The position numbers and the translations under genes were made by a program. From a virus, in IMG/VR virus record IMGVR_UViG_3300045996_000876, positions 4,869 through 68,868 of that record: 64,000 bases of DNA, one strand, 5' to 3'. The notes under the pieces are model-generated. The model was not told the origin of the DNA. It ran no database searches and was given only the letters and a program-made list of their open reading frames with translations. How positions within the stretch are numbered: position 1 is the stretch's first letter; each line of letters opens with the position of its first letter. Positions 38,057-48,362 of the stretch are shown here, in pieces.

Positions 38057-38406
38057 CTGCCTGCTTGGAATGGGCACTCCAGTGGGGTCAGTTCGAAGAC
38101 TTCTTACTCAGCAAGGCAAAGAAGGGCGAGACGGTGAAAGCTCTGGATGATCGTCCGGAGCTATTCCCCGACCTGGTATGCTACTGGAAAGCCTTCAACG
38201 AGCTACACAAAGCTCGGCCCGTAGCAGCTGCCCCTACTCCCATTCCAATCCCGGATATCCTGGCGTGGCTAACGATCTTTGATATCCGTGGTGCCGAAGC
38301 GCGGCAGGACTATTATCATTTCATTTCAGTGTTAGACTCCGCGTGGCTCAAATGGGCTCGCAAGAAGCTCGCGGATGAGTCGGAACGTCGGGCCAAGAAC
38401 CGTTGA
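38050..38406 (+). CDS. gpGT frameshift extension of the tail chaperone
   Basis: Open -1 frame with no RBS of its own; PELFP...WKAFNELHKARP. Confidence 0.75.
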   Translation, partial: KLTACLEWALQWGQFEDFLLSKAKKGETVKALDDRPELFPDLVCYWKAFNELHKARPVAAAPTPIPIPDILAWLTIFDIRGAEARQDYYHFISVLDSAWLKWARKKLADESERRAKNR

Positions 38407-38413
38407 GGTGGAT

Positions 38414-41400
38414 ATGCCTACTCTCTCCGTAGCAATTGACGCGACTGGAGCCAAGAAGGGTTCAGACGAGTTCACTCAGTCCGTCAACAAGATGGCGGAC
38501 GCGGCTGCGAAGATGACGCAGGCTACCGACCAGACCAACAAGAAGATTGACTCTATTGCTGCTACCGCGACCAACGCCAAGGTCACTCTCGCGAAGCTGT
38601 TCGGTGTACTGACAGCGGCGTTCGCGGTCAAGAACGTGATCGATGTTCTGGACCGGTATGAGCTGGGGCTGTACAAGCTCAGCAAGGTGTCTCGCCTGAA
38701 CGAAGGTGATCTGCGCGCCTTTGGAGACGCGATGGTTGGACTGTCCGCCAAAATCCCGGTAGCGACTGACGAGCTATTCGAGATGGCGATGGCCGCGTCC
38801 AAGCTTGGGGTGGAGGGGAAAGACAACTTAGAGAAGTGGGTCACTGCCGTAGCCAAGCTCTCCTCCGTCTCCGATCTGAAAGGGAAGGAGGGAGCGACGG
38901 CACTGGGTCTGCTTATCCGCGACGGCTCTCAGGCTGACATGGGCAAGACCGTCAACATGGTTCACGCTCTCGGACAAGTCTCACTCGGGACTTATAGCCA
39001 GTTGGTTCAGTTGGCGGACGCGGTTGACGATGCTACGAAGAAGTTTGACCTGGCCACGAGCGAGTCGCTGGGGTTTGCCGCCGCGATGATCAACCTAGGT
39101 GTTGAGGGCGGAAGCGCCGCGATTGCGGTGTCCAAGTCGCTCAATGCCTTGGAGGAGGCAGTGCGACTTAACGAAGATGGGATGGCGGTTCTCCAAGTCA
39201 TCACGGGCAAGACCCGGGAGGAGTTCGGCGCACTGCTCAAGGAGAATCCGGCAGAAGCCTTCTTGCTGTTCGCAGACGCACTCAAGGAGGTCATGGCGGC
39301 GGGTGGCGATACAACGAAGGTTCTGGACGCACTCAAGATCGACAGTGAGCGGACCTCCAAGATACTTCTCCCGCTCGCGGGCGGAGTGGATGAGCTTCGC
39401 AAGAGTTTGGATCTGGCCCGCCGCTCCCAGAGCGACTTTGCCCGGCTCAACCGGGACAGCAACGAGTCCATCCGGACTTTCGGTCAGCTCATGACCCAGA
39501 TCAAGAACGATGTCAACGCGGTTATCGTCTCCGCGTTCGGAAGGATGGGCACGACCTTCAAGGACATCCGCGATATCACGAAGCAGACCGTGGAAGTACT
39601 GTTCGGACTCCCGGTCACCTTCAACCAGAACACACTCACCGCGACGGTCCTGGCGCGAGCTTTACAAGCCTTGCTGGCCGCCTTTGGTGCGTTTCTCGCG
39701 ATGGAAGTTACTACCAAGGTGTACGCACTCGGAACCGCGTTTGTTACCGCGTCCAAGGGCGTGTACTCGATGGTTGCGGCTTCGCTCGCTCTCAACTCCG
39801 CGTTGATGCCGGTCCTGGCGATCATCGCGGCAGTCGGGGTTGCTCTGGCCGCGTTTGAGTTCGGGCGGTACCTCCACGATGAATACCGCATGGTTCAGAT
39901 CGTAGGCTTGAACACCGTCTACGCACTCACAGAAGCTTGGGTTGACTTTAAGTACGCGGTCAACGACGCAATCGCCACCGTCAAGGATATGTGGCGTCAG
40001 CTTACGTCGGGAAGTCCGCTGTGGTCTGGATCGCTGGGCAATCATCTCGCGGCGGAGCAGGACAAGCTCAGCATGGGCGGAATCTCCGGCATGGAGAACA
40101 AAGCATTCTTCGATCTTTCCCGGACGCTGGGCCGTGTACCTTCTGAGGATGAGTGGAAGAAGGCTCAAGAGTCCCTTCACCAGACGGAAGAGTACATCAA
40201 GGCGCGAACGGAGTACGACAAGAAGCTCCGCGATCTTGGTCAGCCGGTAGCGGGCCAGAGCGTTGAAGATCAGTACCGGGCCAACCTGGCTATCCGTAAC
40301 GGAGAGCGGGAGGAGTTGCGCAAGCAGCTCAACCAAGGTCTCCGGGATATTGAAAACGACTTCCAAGGCAAGGATCGCAAGGGCAACTCCTTCACCGACT
40401 TCGTTGGGAAGGATATCCACCAGCTCATCAACTGGCTATCGGGGGTCAAGACCGAAGCGGACAACGCAGCCAACTCCGTGGACAAGGTGTTCAATCCGGA
40501 CGGCACACCGAAGCTCCCGGCAAACATCGCCAGCGCCTTGGACGGGCTCAAGGTTCTAACGGAAGAAGCGAAGTCAGCGAAGGAGCAGCTGGAAGCGATG
40601 ATCAGCGGCGCGGAGCTAGATGCCAACGCCGCACCCGGTACGCCTGCCGTAGTGAGGCAGCTGGCTTCCGACCTGGCTAAAGTCCGCGAGCTTGCTACGA
40701 AGGCGGGAGATGACGTAGCGGCTGCGGTTGACCGCTACTCCTCCGCGTTTACGAAAGCGGCGAATAATCGCGGTATCGAGCAGCTGACGGAGATGTCCAA
40801 GAAGCTCGCGGAGGAGCGGCAGGCAGTAGCCATGACCTCCGCTGAGCGTACCGTCTACCTCAATGGACTAGAGGCGGAGCGTATCGCCAAGGAGTCGCTG
40901 ATGGCGACTTCCGATAGCTACGTCCAGCAAGTCCGGAACGAAGCGTTGGCCCTGTCCCAAGCCCAGGGCAAGGATCAAATTGATGAGATGTTCCGGGCAC
41001 TTCAAGACGAGCGGCGGGTTGTTATGGAGATCACCGATGAGCAGGAGGTTCTTGCTGGGGCGATCCAGATTCAGAACATCGCCCGGGAGAGCGGCATCCA
41101 GAACATCGACCGCGAGACAGCCGCGTACCGCAAGCAGCGGGAAGAGATTCAGCAGATGCGGCGGATGCAATCGCTGGCGAACGATATCGGTACTGCGTTT
41201 GGAGACGCGTTCACCGATATGATCGTGGGAGCGAAGTCCGCTAGCGAGGCGATCAAGGGGTTGGCCATCCAGATCGAGCGTATGGTCATCCAGCAAATGG
41301 TCGCTACTCCGATTGCGAACATGATTAGCGGAGGTCTGGGCGGACTCTTTGGAAGCTTCTTCCCGACGGCACCCGTGCCTCACGCTCTGGGCGGCATCGT

Positions 41401-41650
41401 CTCCGGTCCGACTCTCTTCCAGATGTCGGGTGGTGAGACGGGACTCATGGGCGAGGCAGGGCCAGAGGCGATCATGCCGCTGACTCGCGGACCGGACGGG
41501 AAGCTTGGTGTGGAAGCATCGGGCGGAACGAACGTGACCGTGAACCAGTACATCACGACTCCGGACGTTGGCGGCTTCAAACGGTCTCAGTCGCAGCTGG
41601 CGGCAGACGCGCGGCGGCTCGTGAGCGGTCAATTCTCTCAGCGAGGGTAA
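38414..41650 (+). CDS. tape measure protein
   Basis: Long helical protein with a TP901-like core; C-terminal ALGGIV.GPTLF...MGEAGPEAIMPLTRGPDGKLGV. Confidence 0.92.
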   Translation: MPTLSVAIDATGAKKGSDEFTQSVNKMADAAAKMTQATDQTNKKIDSIAATATNAKVTLAKLFGVLTAAFAVKNVIDVLDRYELGLYKLSKVSRLNEGDLRAFGDAMVGLSAKIPVATDELFEMAMAASKLGVEGKDNLEKWVTAVAKLSSVSDLKGKEGATALGLLIRDGSQADMGKTVNMVHALGQVSLGTYSQLVQLADAVDDATKKFDLATSESLGFAAAMINLGVEGGSAAIAVSKSLNALEEAVRLNEDGMAVLQVITGKTREEFGALLKENPAEAFLLFADALKEVMAAGGDTTKVLDALKIDSERTSKILLPLAGGVDELRKSLDLARRSQSDFARLNRDSNESIRTFGQLMTQIKNDVNAVIVSAFGRMGTTFKDIRDITKQTVEVLFGLPVTFNQNTLTATVLARALQALLAAFGAFLAMEVTTKVYALGTAFVTASKGVYSMVAASLALNSALMPVLAIIAAVGVALAAFEFGRYLHDEYRMVQIVGLNTVYALTEAWVDFKYAVNDAIATVKDMWRQLTSGSPLWSGSLGNHLAAEQDKLSMGGISGMENKAFFDLSRTLGRVPSEDEWKKAQESLHQTEEYIKARTEYDKKLRDLGQPVAGQSVEDQYRANLAIRNGEREELRKQLNQGLRDIENDFQGKDRKGNSFTDFVGKDIHQLINWLSGVKTEADNAANSVDKVFNPDGTPKLPANIASALDGLKVLTEEAKSAKEQLEAMISGAELDANAAPGTPAVVRQLASDLAKVRELATKAGDDVAAAVDRYSSAFTKAANNRGIEQLTEMSKKLAEERQAVAMTSAERTVYLNGLEAERIAKESLMATSDSYVQQVRNEALALSQAQGKDQIDEMFRALQDERRVVMEITDEQEVLAGAIQIQNIARESGIQNIDRETAAYRKQREEIQQMRRMQSLANDIGTAFGDAFTDMIVGAKSASEAIKGLAIQIERMVIQQMVATPIANMISGGLGGLFGSFFPTAPVPHALGGIVSGPTLFQMSGGETGLMGEAGPEAIMPLTRGPDGKLGVEASGGTNVTVNQYITTPDVGGFKRSQSQLAADARRLVSGQFSQRG

Positions 41651-41653
41651 TCA

Positions 41654-42607
41654 ATGGGCTTCGATGAAGTTCAGTTTCCGGTTGATATCAGCTATGGAAG
41701 CAAGGGCGGACCTGGCTTCCGTACGGACATCATCATCAGCGACTCCGGGATGGAGGAGCGTATTGCGCGTTGGTCGAATGCCCGCCGCAAGTACAACGTC
41801 GCCTACGGCATCAAGTCTCCGGAGCAGGTTCAGTCCGTCATGGACTTCTATCTCGCACGTATGGGAGCAGCCAACGGCTTCCGTTACAAAGACTTCACCG
41901 ACTTCACGACAGCAAGCGATCACCGCTCTGCGCACGCGAACGATGATGTCTTGCTGGGAACCGGGAACGGGACAACGACCACGTTCCAACTGAAGAAGCT
42001 GTACACCAGCGGAGCGATCACGCGGACACGTAACATAACGAAGCCTGTCACCGGGACTACGTTGGTTGCGCTGGACGGCGTGAACCAGACGAGCGGGTGG
42101 TCAGTCGATACGTCCACGGGTATCGTCACCTTCAGCGTTGCGCCTACTCTGGGCGTAGCAGTCACGGCGGGTTGTCAGTTTGACGTACCGGTTCGCTTCG
42201 GTCAGGAGGTCGATGACGCGCTCTGGTTGACCATCGATGCCTTCTCTATCCGCTCCATACCGGATATCCCGTTGGTTGAGATCGTAGACTCACTGACGGT
42301 ATATGACCAACACTTCTACGGCGGAGCGTATGAGAAGGCGATCAGTGCCGATCACCAGATGACCCTCGCGGACGGGCGGGTTCAAGTCTTCAATCCGGGC
42401 GCTACGACCGGGCTATCTGTGAAGCTTCCCGACCCAACCAACATCGCTCCGGGCGGACCTATCTTCTTCATCCTGAACGAAGGGGCAGCGACCTTCGCGT
42501 TGAAGCAGTTTGACGGGACGCTGGTTGCGAATATCCCGTCCACCGGCGTGCTCCTAGTGTTTCTGTCCACGACCAACAACGTCAATAAAGTCTGGTATGG
42601 AATATGA
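41654..42607 (+). CDS. distal tail protein (DUF2460, GTA-like) with C-terminal extension
   Basis: FDEVQFPVDISYGSKGGP.FRTDI; FDVPVRF. Confidence 0.88.
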   Translation: MGFDEVQFPVDISYGSKGGPGFRTDIIISDSGMEERIARWSNARRKYNVAYGIKSPEQVQSVMDFYLARMGAANGFRYKDFTDFTTASDHRSAHANDDVLLGTGNGTTTTFQLKKLYTSGAITRTRNITKPVTGTTLVALDGVNQTSGWSVDTSTGIVTFSVAPTLGVAVTAGCQFDVPVRFGQEVDDALWLTIDAFSIRSIPDIPLVEIVDSLTVYDQHFYGGAYEKAISADHQMTLADGRVQVFNPGATTGLSVKLPDPTNIAPGGPIFFILNEGAATFALKQFDGTLVANIPSTGVLLVFLSTTNNVNKVWYGI

Positions 42608-44088
42608 TCAGTGAAGTCCTACACTACGGGAGAGCAGCCGCGCTTTCGCACGTAGGTGGAGTGGTCGGGTTGACCTCCGCCTTGCTGCGGGAATACCGGG
42701 TGATCAACCTTCCGAGCGGTACAACCAGCGTTCGGCTCCCGCCCGCAGGGGAGTTGCCGTTGGGCGGACCCATCGCGGTGTTGGTCAACCCTACCGGCTC
42801 CGCTATCCCGATTGTCTCCGTGAACGATACGGGCACCACGCTCGCGACGTTGACCGCGAACTCCCTGGCTATCGTTCTGCTCTCCGCGTATGACAGCGGG
42901 ATTCCGCAGGGCGGCAACTGGCGGTTCATGATCAAGGTAGCGGGCGTGAGCACGTTCACGCGAGCTTCCCGGGACGCAGTGACGTCGGAAGATGACCCCG
43001 AAGTTCCGACGATCACGTGCCAACGAGCGAAGTACAAGCTGACCAACTGCGCCGACGAAGATGAAGTAATCTTTACGGATAGCAACCTCACTCAGTTCGC
43101 AGGACTCATCGTCAAGCTCTATCCGACGGACCTGGACTGGGCGGATAAATGCTGGGAGGTTGAGCTGTGGGACGACATCTCCGATACGGAGCCAGTTCCC
43201 GTCTTTGTCTCCAAGACCAACGACATCGTGGACGTGTTCGACAACTGCTCCCACTGCCTAGCGGTGGACCCCAACAAGACTATCTCCTTTGAGATTGAAG
43301 ACTTGGCGACCAACGCGTTGATCACGCCGGTTGCCTACGGCTCGGTGGCTTCGTACCCGGGACCACTCACGGTTGCTGCCGGGTATGACGGTGACTTGAC
43401 GGGCTTGGATGAAGCGGTTGCCATCTACGGACCGGTGTTGTTCCGCTCGTTCAAGACAGGCGGAGCGTTGGACATCTACTCTACGCTGTTCCAAGTCTTT
43501 GCGACGGCTGCCGGTACTCTCTCTATCACCGGCTCGCATATCATGGGCTATACCAAGGTGTTCTTCCCGATCAAGAACGGGTTGATTGTTCCGTGGAATG
43601 AGACGGACAAATACGTCCAAGGGGTAGAACGGCATCTGACCGTCGCACGCGGTGATCTTATTGATATCGGCTTGCTGGTCGATCCGGCAGCCACCGGGAC
43701 TTACACGGACGCTACCCACTCCAGCGCAGGCACTACCGTATCGAGGTTGGAGCACGGGACTACCGCCAACGCAGCGGCCAAGGCGCGGGCGGGGCAGATA
43801 CTCAGTGCGGCTCTCAGCAAGACTCTCGTGAGCGGGAAGTTTGTACCGCACACGGTCCAGGTGTTCGCAGACCCGGGCGTGCCGTGGCGGTTCTCGAATA
43901 TCCCGACTTGGATGAGCATCACTCCACGCTCCGGTACGGGACCGGCTGTCGTAATCGTAGACGCCACTGCGGCTCCGACTCCCGCTGCGGAGACGTATAT
44001 CATGAAGTTCACCTGGACCGCTACAGTGATAGCGGAGCGGCGGCAGATCACAAAAGACTTCGTGTTCATCAACTCGTTTGGGTGCTGA
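42604..44088 (+). CDS. tail-associated protein
   Basis: Position in the tail tip; N-terminus resembles the C-terminal extension of the preceding gene. Confidence 0.65.
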   Translation: MISEVLHYGRAAALSHVGGVVGLTSALLREYRVINLPSGTTSVRLPPAGELPLGGPIAVLVNPTGSAIPIVSVNDTGTTLATLTANSLAIVLLSAYDSGIPQGGNWRFMIKVAGVSTFTRASRDAVTSEDDPEVPTITCQRAKYKLTNCADEDEVIFTDSNLTQFAGLIVKLYPTDLDWADKCWEVELWDDISDTEPVPVFVSKTNDIVDVFDNCSHCLAVDPNKTISFEIEDLATNALITPVAYGSVASYPGPLTVAAGYDGDLTGLDEAVAIYGPVLFRSFKTGGALDIYSTLFQVFATAAGTLSITGSHIMGYTKVFFPIKNGLIVPWNETDKYVQGVERHLTVARGDLIDIGLLVDPAATGTYTDATHSSAGTTVSRLEHGTTANAAAKARAGQILSAALSKTLVSGKFVPHTVQVFADPGVPWRFSNIPTWMSITPRSGTGPAVVIVDATAAPTPAAETYIMKFTWTATVIAERRQITKDFVFINSFGC

Positions 44089-44089
44089 T

Positions 44090-44959
44090 ATGACGCTACC
44101 CGTCAAACAATCGCTGATGTCGCTCCTGGACAGCTCAACGCGGTACCTCGCAACGCTCTGGAAGCTCGCGAGAACGGACGGCGTGACGCAGTACTTCACG
44201 GACCACGACGCAGCGTTGATCTTTGAAGGCCAGACGTACCTTCCCGCCTGCGGCTTCAACGCGTCAGCCCGTCAAAAGACGGGCGGGCTCAATCCGCAGA
44301 ACCTCGATATGGTAGGCTATATCGACAACGATGAGCTGGACCACGATGACCTCCGGGCTGGCCGGTTCCGCGAAGCGGAGGTGACGGAGTACGTGGTTGA
44401 CTTCCGCTACCCGTTCGCGGGCGCGATCATCACCAACACGTACTGGGTCACCGACGTAGCTTTCAGCGATGGCGTCTGGACTGCCTCTCTTGCTGGACTC
44501 TCGCGATGGCTCCAGCACGCGGTTGGAAAGGTCTACACGCGGAACTGCCGGCACATCTTCGGCGACTCGATGTGTAAGCTGAACACCGCTACGTTTACCA
44601 CGACTGGAACGGTGTCGCTTACCAACGCGTCAAGTCCACGCGCCGTCTTTGAGTCGGACTCTCCGGGCGTGATCAGCCTTGGTGCGAACTACTTCGCCAA
44701 CGGAAGTATCCACTGGCTCTCCGGATTGAACAACGGACTTCGGATGGAAGTGAAGGCATCGACCAACTGGGGCGAGTTCACGACGCAGCTGCCGCTTCCC
44801 TATGACGTGACGGTCGGAGACGTGTTCACCGTATACGCGGGCTGCGACAAGACGATGAACCAGTGTATAAACAAGTTCGATAACATGGTCAACTTCGGCG
44901 GCTTCCCGTTTGTACCCGGCACCGACCGTATGATCCAGTACCCGGATGCGAAGGTGTAA
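44090..44959 (+). CDS. baseplate hub protein (DUF2163/BR0599)
   Basis: RTDG...FTDHD; C...GD..C; GCDKT...C..KFDN..NFGGFP. Confidence 0.9.
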   Translation: MTLPVKQSLMSLLDSSTRYLATLWKLARTDGVTQYFTDHDAALIFEGQTYLPACGFNASARQKTGGLNPQNLDMVGYIDNDELDHDDLRAGRFREAEVTEYVVDFRYPFAGAIITNTYWVTDVAFSDGVWTASLAGLSRWLQHAVGKVYTRNCRHIFGDSMCKLNTATFTTTGTVSLTNASSPRAVFESDSPGVISLGANYFANGSIHWLSGLNNGLRMEVKASTNWGEFTTQLPLPYDVTVGDVFTVYAGCDKTMNQCINKFDNMVNFGGFPFVPGTDRMIQYPDAKV

Positions 44960-44960
44960 C

Positions 44961-45464
44961 GTGCCTACACGCCTAGACGTTATCGTGAAAGCTCGGGAGT
45001 ACCTGGGCACTCCCTATCACCACATCGGTCGGAAGAAGGGAATTGGCGTTGACTGTATTGGTCTCATCTCCGGAGTCGCCCAGGAACTCGGGATGACGTA
45101 CCACGACCTGAAGGTGTACTCTCAACGTCCGGACGGCGTGACGCTCCTCCGCGAATTCGATAAGTGTTTGACCCGCGTTCCGACGCACCAGCCCGGAGAT
45201 GTCTTGGTCTTCCGGTTCCGAAAGTTCGCGACTCACGCGGGTATCGTCACAGACTACGGGCTGATTCATACGTACGCAACGGTGGGTAAAGTCGTTGAGC
45301 ACGTCCTGGATGCGACCTGGGAACGTCGGATTGTTCAGGCTTATCGGTTCCCGGGTATCCAAGGCGACTGGGTGCCTTCTCCCGTCCCCAACTTTCGAAT
45401 CCCCGATGACTTTGAAGTCGAACAAGAACGCCGCAGACTCCAGCAAGGCGGCTGCTGTAACTGA
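44961..45464 (+). CDS. NlpC/P60 tail-associated cell-wall peptidase
   Basis: AREYLGTPYHH.G...GVDCIGL; PGDVL.F; HAGI. Confidence 0.9.
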   Translation: MPTRLDVIVKAREYLGTPYHHIGRKKGIGVDCIGLISGVAQELGMTYHDLKVYSQRPDGVTLLREFDKCLTRVPTHQPGDVLVFRFRKFATHAGIVTDYGLIHTYATVGKVVEHVLDATWERRIVQAYRFPGIQGDWVPSPVPNFRIPDDFEVEQERRRLQQGGCCN

Positions 45465-45473
45465 GGAAACGCT

Positions 45474-47840
45474 ATGGCAATGTTAGCACTAGGGCTGGTG
45501 GGCGGAATGATTGGCGGAGCTATCGGTGGCGGCTCCGCACTCGCCATCGCTGGACTCTCCCTCACGGGCGCTTCGGTAGGCTTCGCGGTAGGCGCTACCG
45601 TCGGCAGCGTGCTGGACTCTGCGTATGTCTTCCCGGCCATCTTCGGAGGGCAAAAGGGATTCGCCGGACCTCGCATTGACGACCTTCAGCTACAAGTCGC
45701 GAGCGAGGGCAGCCCGGTCAACTACTGCCTTGGACCGGAGAACCGGGTAGCGGGTACGATCATCTGGATGACGGACCTGATTGAGACAAAGAAGAAACAG
45801 AGCGGCGGAGGAGGTGGAGGCGGCGGCAAAGGTGGAGGCGGAGGCGGCGGCAGCGTTACCACGTACACCTACGCAGTCCACGTCGCTGTGGGCGTCTGCG
45901 AAGGGCCAATCACGGAGATAGACAAAATCTGGGCGGATGGAAAGCTCATCTATGACGTCCATACGCTATCGGTCTCCACCCACGTTGATCGAGTCACCGC
46001 ATACAAAGGCTTCGTAGGCACGGGGCAGATGCCCGACCCGCTGATTGAAGCATTCGAGGGAGCGGGCAACGTTCCGGCGTGGCGTGGGATCGCCTACGTC
46101 ATGTTTGAGAATCTCCAGTTGGCGGACTTCGGCAACCGCATCCCGCAATTCACGTTCCTGGTCCGGGCTCAGCCTGCGCTAGGCGTGCGGGACGCCATCG
46201 CTAGCTTGCTGGTACGAAGTGGCCTGACCTCCGACCAGTACGACACGACGCAGGTGACGGGGTGCCTTCGCGGTTACAGCTGGTCAGGCCCGCAGTCGGG
46301 TCAGGCGGTAGTGACGCCGATTATGAATGCCTTCGCGGTTCGCTGTCAGGAGGTCAATGGACAACTAGTCTTCTTCAATCGCGGCGATGAAGACGAAGTG
46401 GCGGTGGACTCCGATGACTTGGGCGCTCGCGAGTACAACGAAGGTAGCAAGCCTGCGTTCCATATCACCGACGGAAGCGGCTTGACTATTCCCGCTCAAG
46501 TCCAAGTCAACTTCTTGGACCCGGATAACGACCACCAGCGCGGCTCCGTCAACGAACGTCGCATCAACGTCCCCACGGAGTCGATCAACCAGATTGACGT
46601 TCCCTTCGTTCTGACGCAACGCCAGGCCAAGGAGATAGCGAAGCGGCAGCTGTATATGCCGTGGGATGAACGTCGCACCGTTACTCTTTCCCTCCCGCCC
46701 AAGTACCTCTACTTGGCGGAGCAAGACATCCTCACGCTCTCCTATAAGGGTCACAACTACAAGGTCCGTATCTTGGAGTTGGAGCGTGGAGCGAACTTCC
46801 TGCTCAACATCAAGGGAGTTATCCAAGAGGGAGATACGACCACGGCGGAAGGCGAGCAGGATGATCGGACGGTTGTGAGCGAGGTTCTGTATGAACCGCC
46901 GTCTCTGGTCGTCTACCCGCTGGACCTCCCGCCGCTCCGCACTGATGACTCCGACTCCGCTGGATTCTACTTGGCGGTGACGACTCCCAACTCCACCGAG
47001 CGGTTCCGCGGCGCGATCCTGTTCTCATCGGACGAGTCCGAAGGGAACTTCATCCAGACCGGGCTAGTGCCCGACGTAGCGACGGCAGGAACAACCGATA
47101 CAGTCTTGGGCGTTGCGTCCGTAGGCGTGTGGGACCTTATCAACACCGTGGACGTGACGCTCACCACCGGCTCGTTATCCAGCAAGACTCCTTCTGAAGT
47201 TCTTGCTGGGGGCAACATCGCGTATATCAATGGTGAGATACTAGGCTTCCAAGAGGCGGAGCTAATCGGCACCAACCAGTACCGTTTGAGCAAGCTTCTT
47301 CGCGGGCTGCGTGATACTGAAGACTTCATCTCACTCCATACGCTCAACGACCCGTTTGTCCTCTTGGACGAGTCGGGGTTGACGTTCCACCGGCTGAACC
47401 AGTCGGCCATCGAGACGTACCGGACGCTGCGCATTGTCCCCGTAGGATCGGTGGTGGAGGATACCCCAACGACTTCCGTGTACATCCGGGCGGCAACGCT
47501 CCGTCCGTTCGCTCCTGCGATGCTACGGATGAACAAGGATTACGGAACAGGAACAATCGAGCTTACCTGGTCGCACCGTACGCGCGATCTGGCTCGCGTT
47601 CTCTCGCTCAACGTCCCCAACGCGGACCAAGAGGTCTATACCGTGGCGATCCTCAAGGACAACCGCGTGAAGCGGACCGTAACGGTGACGGGCGCTCAGA
47701 GCTATGATTGGACATCCTCTGATCGTACTTCGGACGGCGTGACCGTGGACGTTGGACTGACGTTCAAGGTGACTCAGATATCGGCGACGGTTGGACCGGG
47801 TAGAACTGCGGTCAGCCGTGAATTTGACTTCGATCTATAA
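45474..47840 (+). CDS. central tail / tip attachment protein (GTA megatron-like)
   Basis: GPRIDDL...SEG; IWADGK; PAWRGIAY..FENLQLADFGNRIP; LLRGLRDTE. Confidence 0.88.
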   Translation: MAMLALGLVGGMIGGAIGGGSALAIAGLSLTGASVGFAVGATVGSVLDSAYVFPAIFGGQKGFAGPRIDDLQLQVASEGSPVNYCLGPENRVAGTIIWMTDLIETKKKQSGGGGGGGGKGGGGGGGSVTTYTYAVHVAVGVCEGPITEIDKIWADGKLIYDVHTLSVSTHVDRVTAYKGFVGTGQMPDPLIEAFEGAGNVPAWRGIAYVMFENLQLADFGNRIPQFTFLVRAQPALGVRDAIASLLVRSGLTSDQYDTTQVTGCLRGYSWSGPQSGQAVVTPIMNAFAVRCQEVNGQLVFFNRGDEDEVAVDSDDLGAREYNEGSKPAFHITDGSGLTIPAQVQVNFLDPDNDHQRGSVNERRINVPTESINQIDVPFVLTQRQAKEIAKRQLYMPWDERRTVTLSLPPKYLYLAEQDILTLSYKGHNYKVRILELERGANFLLNIKGVIQEGDTTTAEGEQDDRTVVSEVLYEPPSLVVYPLDLPPLRTDDSDSAGFYLAVTTPNSTERFRGAILFSSDESEGNFIQTGLVPDVATAGTTDTVLGVASVGVWDLINTVDVTLTTGSLSSKTPSEVLAGGNIAYINGEILGFQEAELIGTNQYRLSKLLRGLRDTEDFISLHTLNDPFVLLDESGLTFHRLNQSAIETYRTLRIVPVGSVVEDTPTTSVYIRAATLRPFAPAMLRMNKDYGTGTIELTWSHRTRDLARVLSLNVPNADQEVYTVAILKDNRVKRTVTVTGAQSYDWTSSDRTSDGVTVDVGLTFKVTQISATVGPGRTAVSREFDFDL

Positions 47841-47852
47841 CAAGAGGGAACT

Positions 47853-48362
47853 ATGACCACAACCGCGAAGATTGGAATTGAGATGCTCGCTGAAGGGCAG
47901 TCGGGCGCGGAGATAACCGTCAACGAAGGCTTGGTGCTTCTGGACGCCATGGTCCAGTGTACGGTTCTGGAGGTTGATCTCAACGCTCCGCCCGGTTCTC
48001 CGACGAATGGTGACGTGTACTTCCTGTACGGCGGTTCCGCGTCTGGCGCCTGGTCGGGCCACGACAACGAGTTTGCCGTGTACTTCGATGGATGGCGGTT
48101 CATCGCTCCCGGAGAAGGCTGGTTGCTGTTCAACGAAGAAGATGGGAAGCTGTACAAGTGGACCGCAGGCGACGGTCTCACGGCTCTCTCGAAAGACGTT
48201 GACGCGAACCTGACCGACAGCACGACCGGGACTCCCGGAGGTACGATCAGCAACGTTGGCGGCTCCTTCAACCAGACGACGTTGAACAACAACCTTGCGT
48301 CCATTGTCGCTTCCATCAACAACTTGAAGAGTAAGCTACGTGATGCCGGAATCATCAACTAA
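47853..48362 (+). CDS. DUF2793-like tail fibre-associated protein
   Basis: Q...EITVNEGL..LD; PPGSPTNGD.Y; GAWSGHD; W.F.APGEGW. Confidence 0.85.
   Translation: MTTTAKIGIEMLAEGQSGAEITVNEGLVLLDAMVQCTVLEVDLNAPPGSPTNGDVYFLYGGSASGAWSGHDNEFAVYFDGWRFIAPGEGWLLFNEEDGKLYKWTAGDGLTALSKDVDANLTDSTTGTPGGTISNVGGSFNQTTLNNNLASIVASINNLKSKLRDAGIIN

Noticed and set aside
45800-45852. GGC/GGA-rich repeat in the tail tip gene
   Set aside because: Encodes the poly-Gly/GGKGG linker common in GTA-like tail proteins
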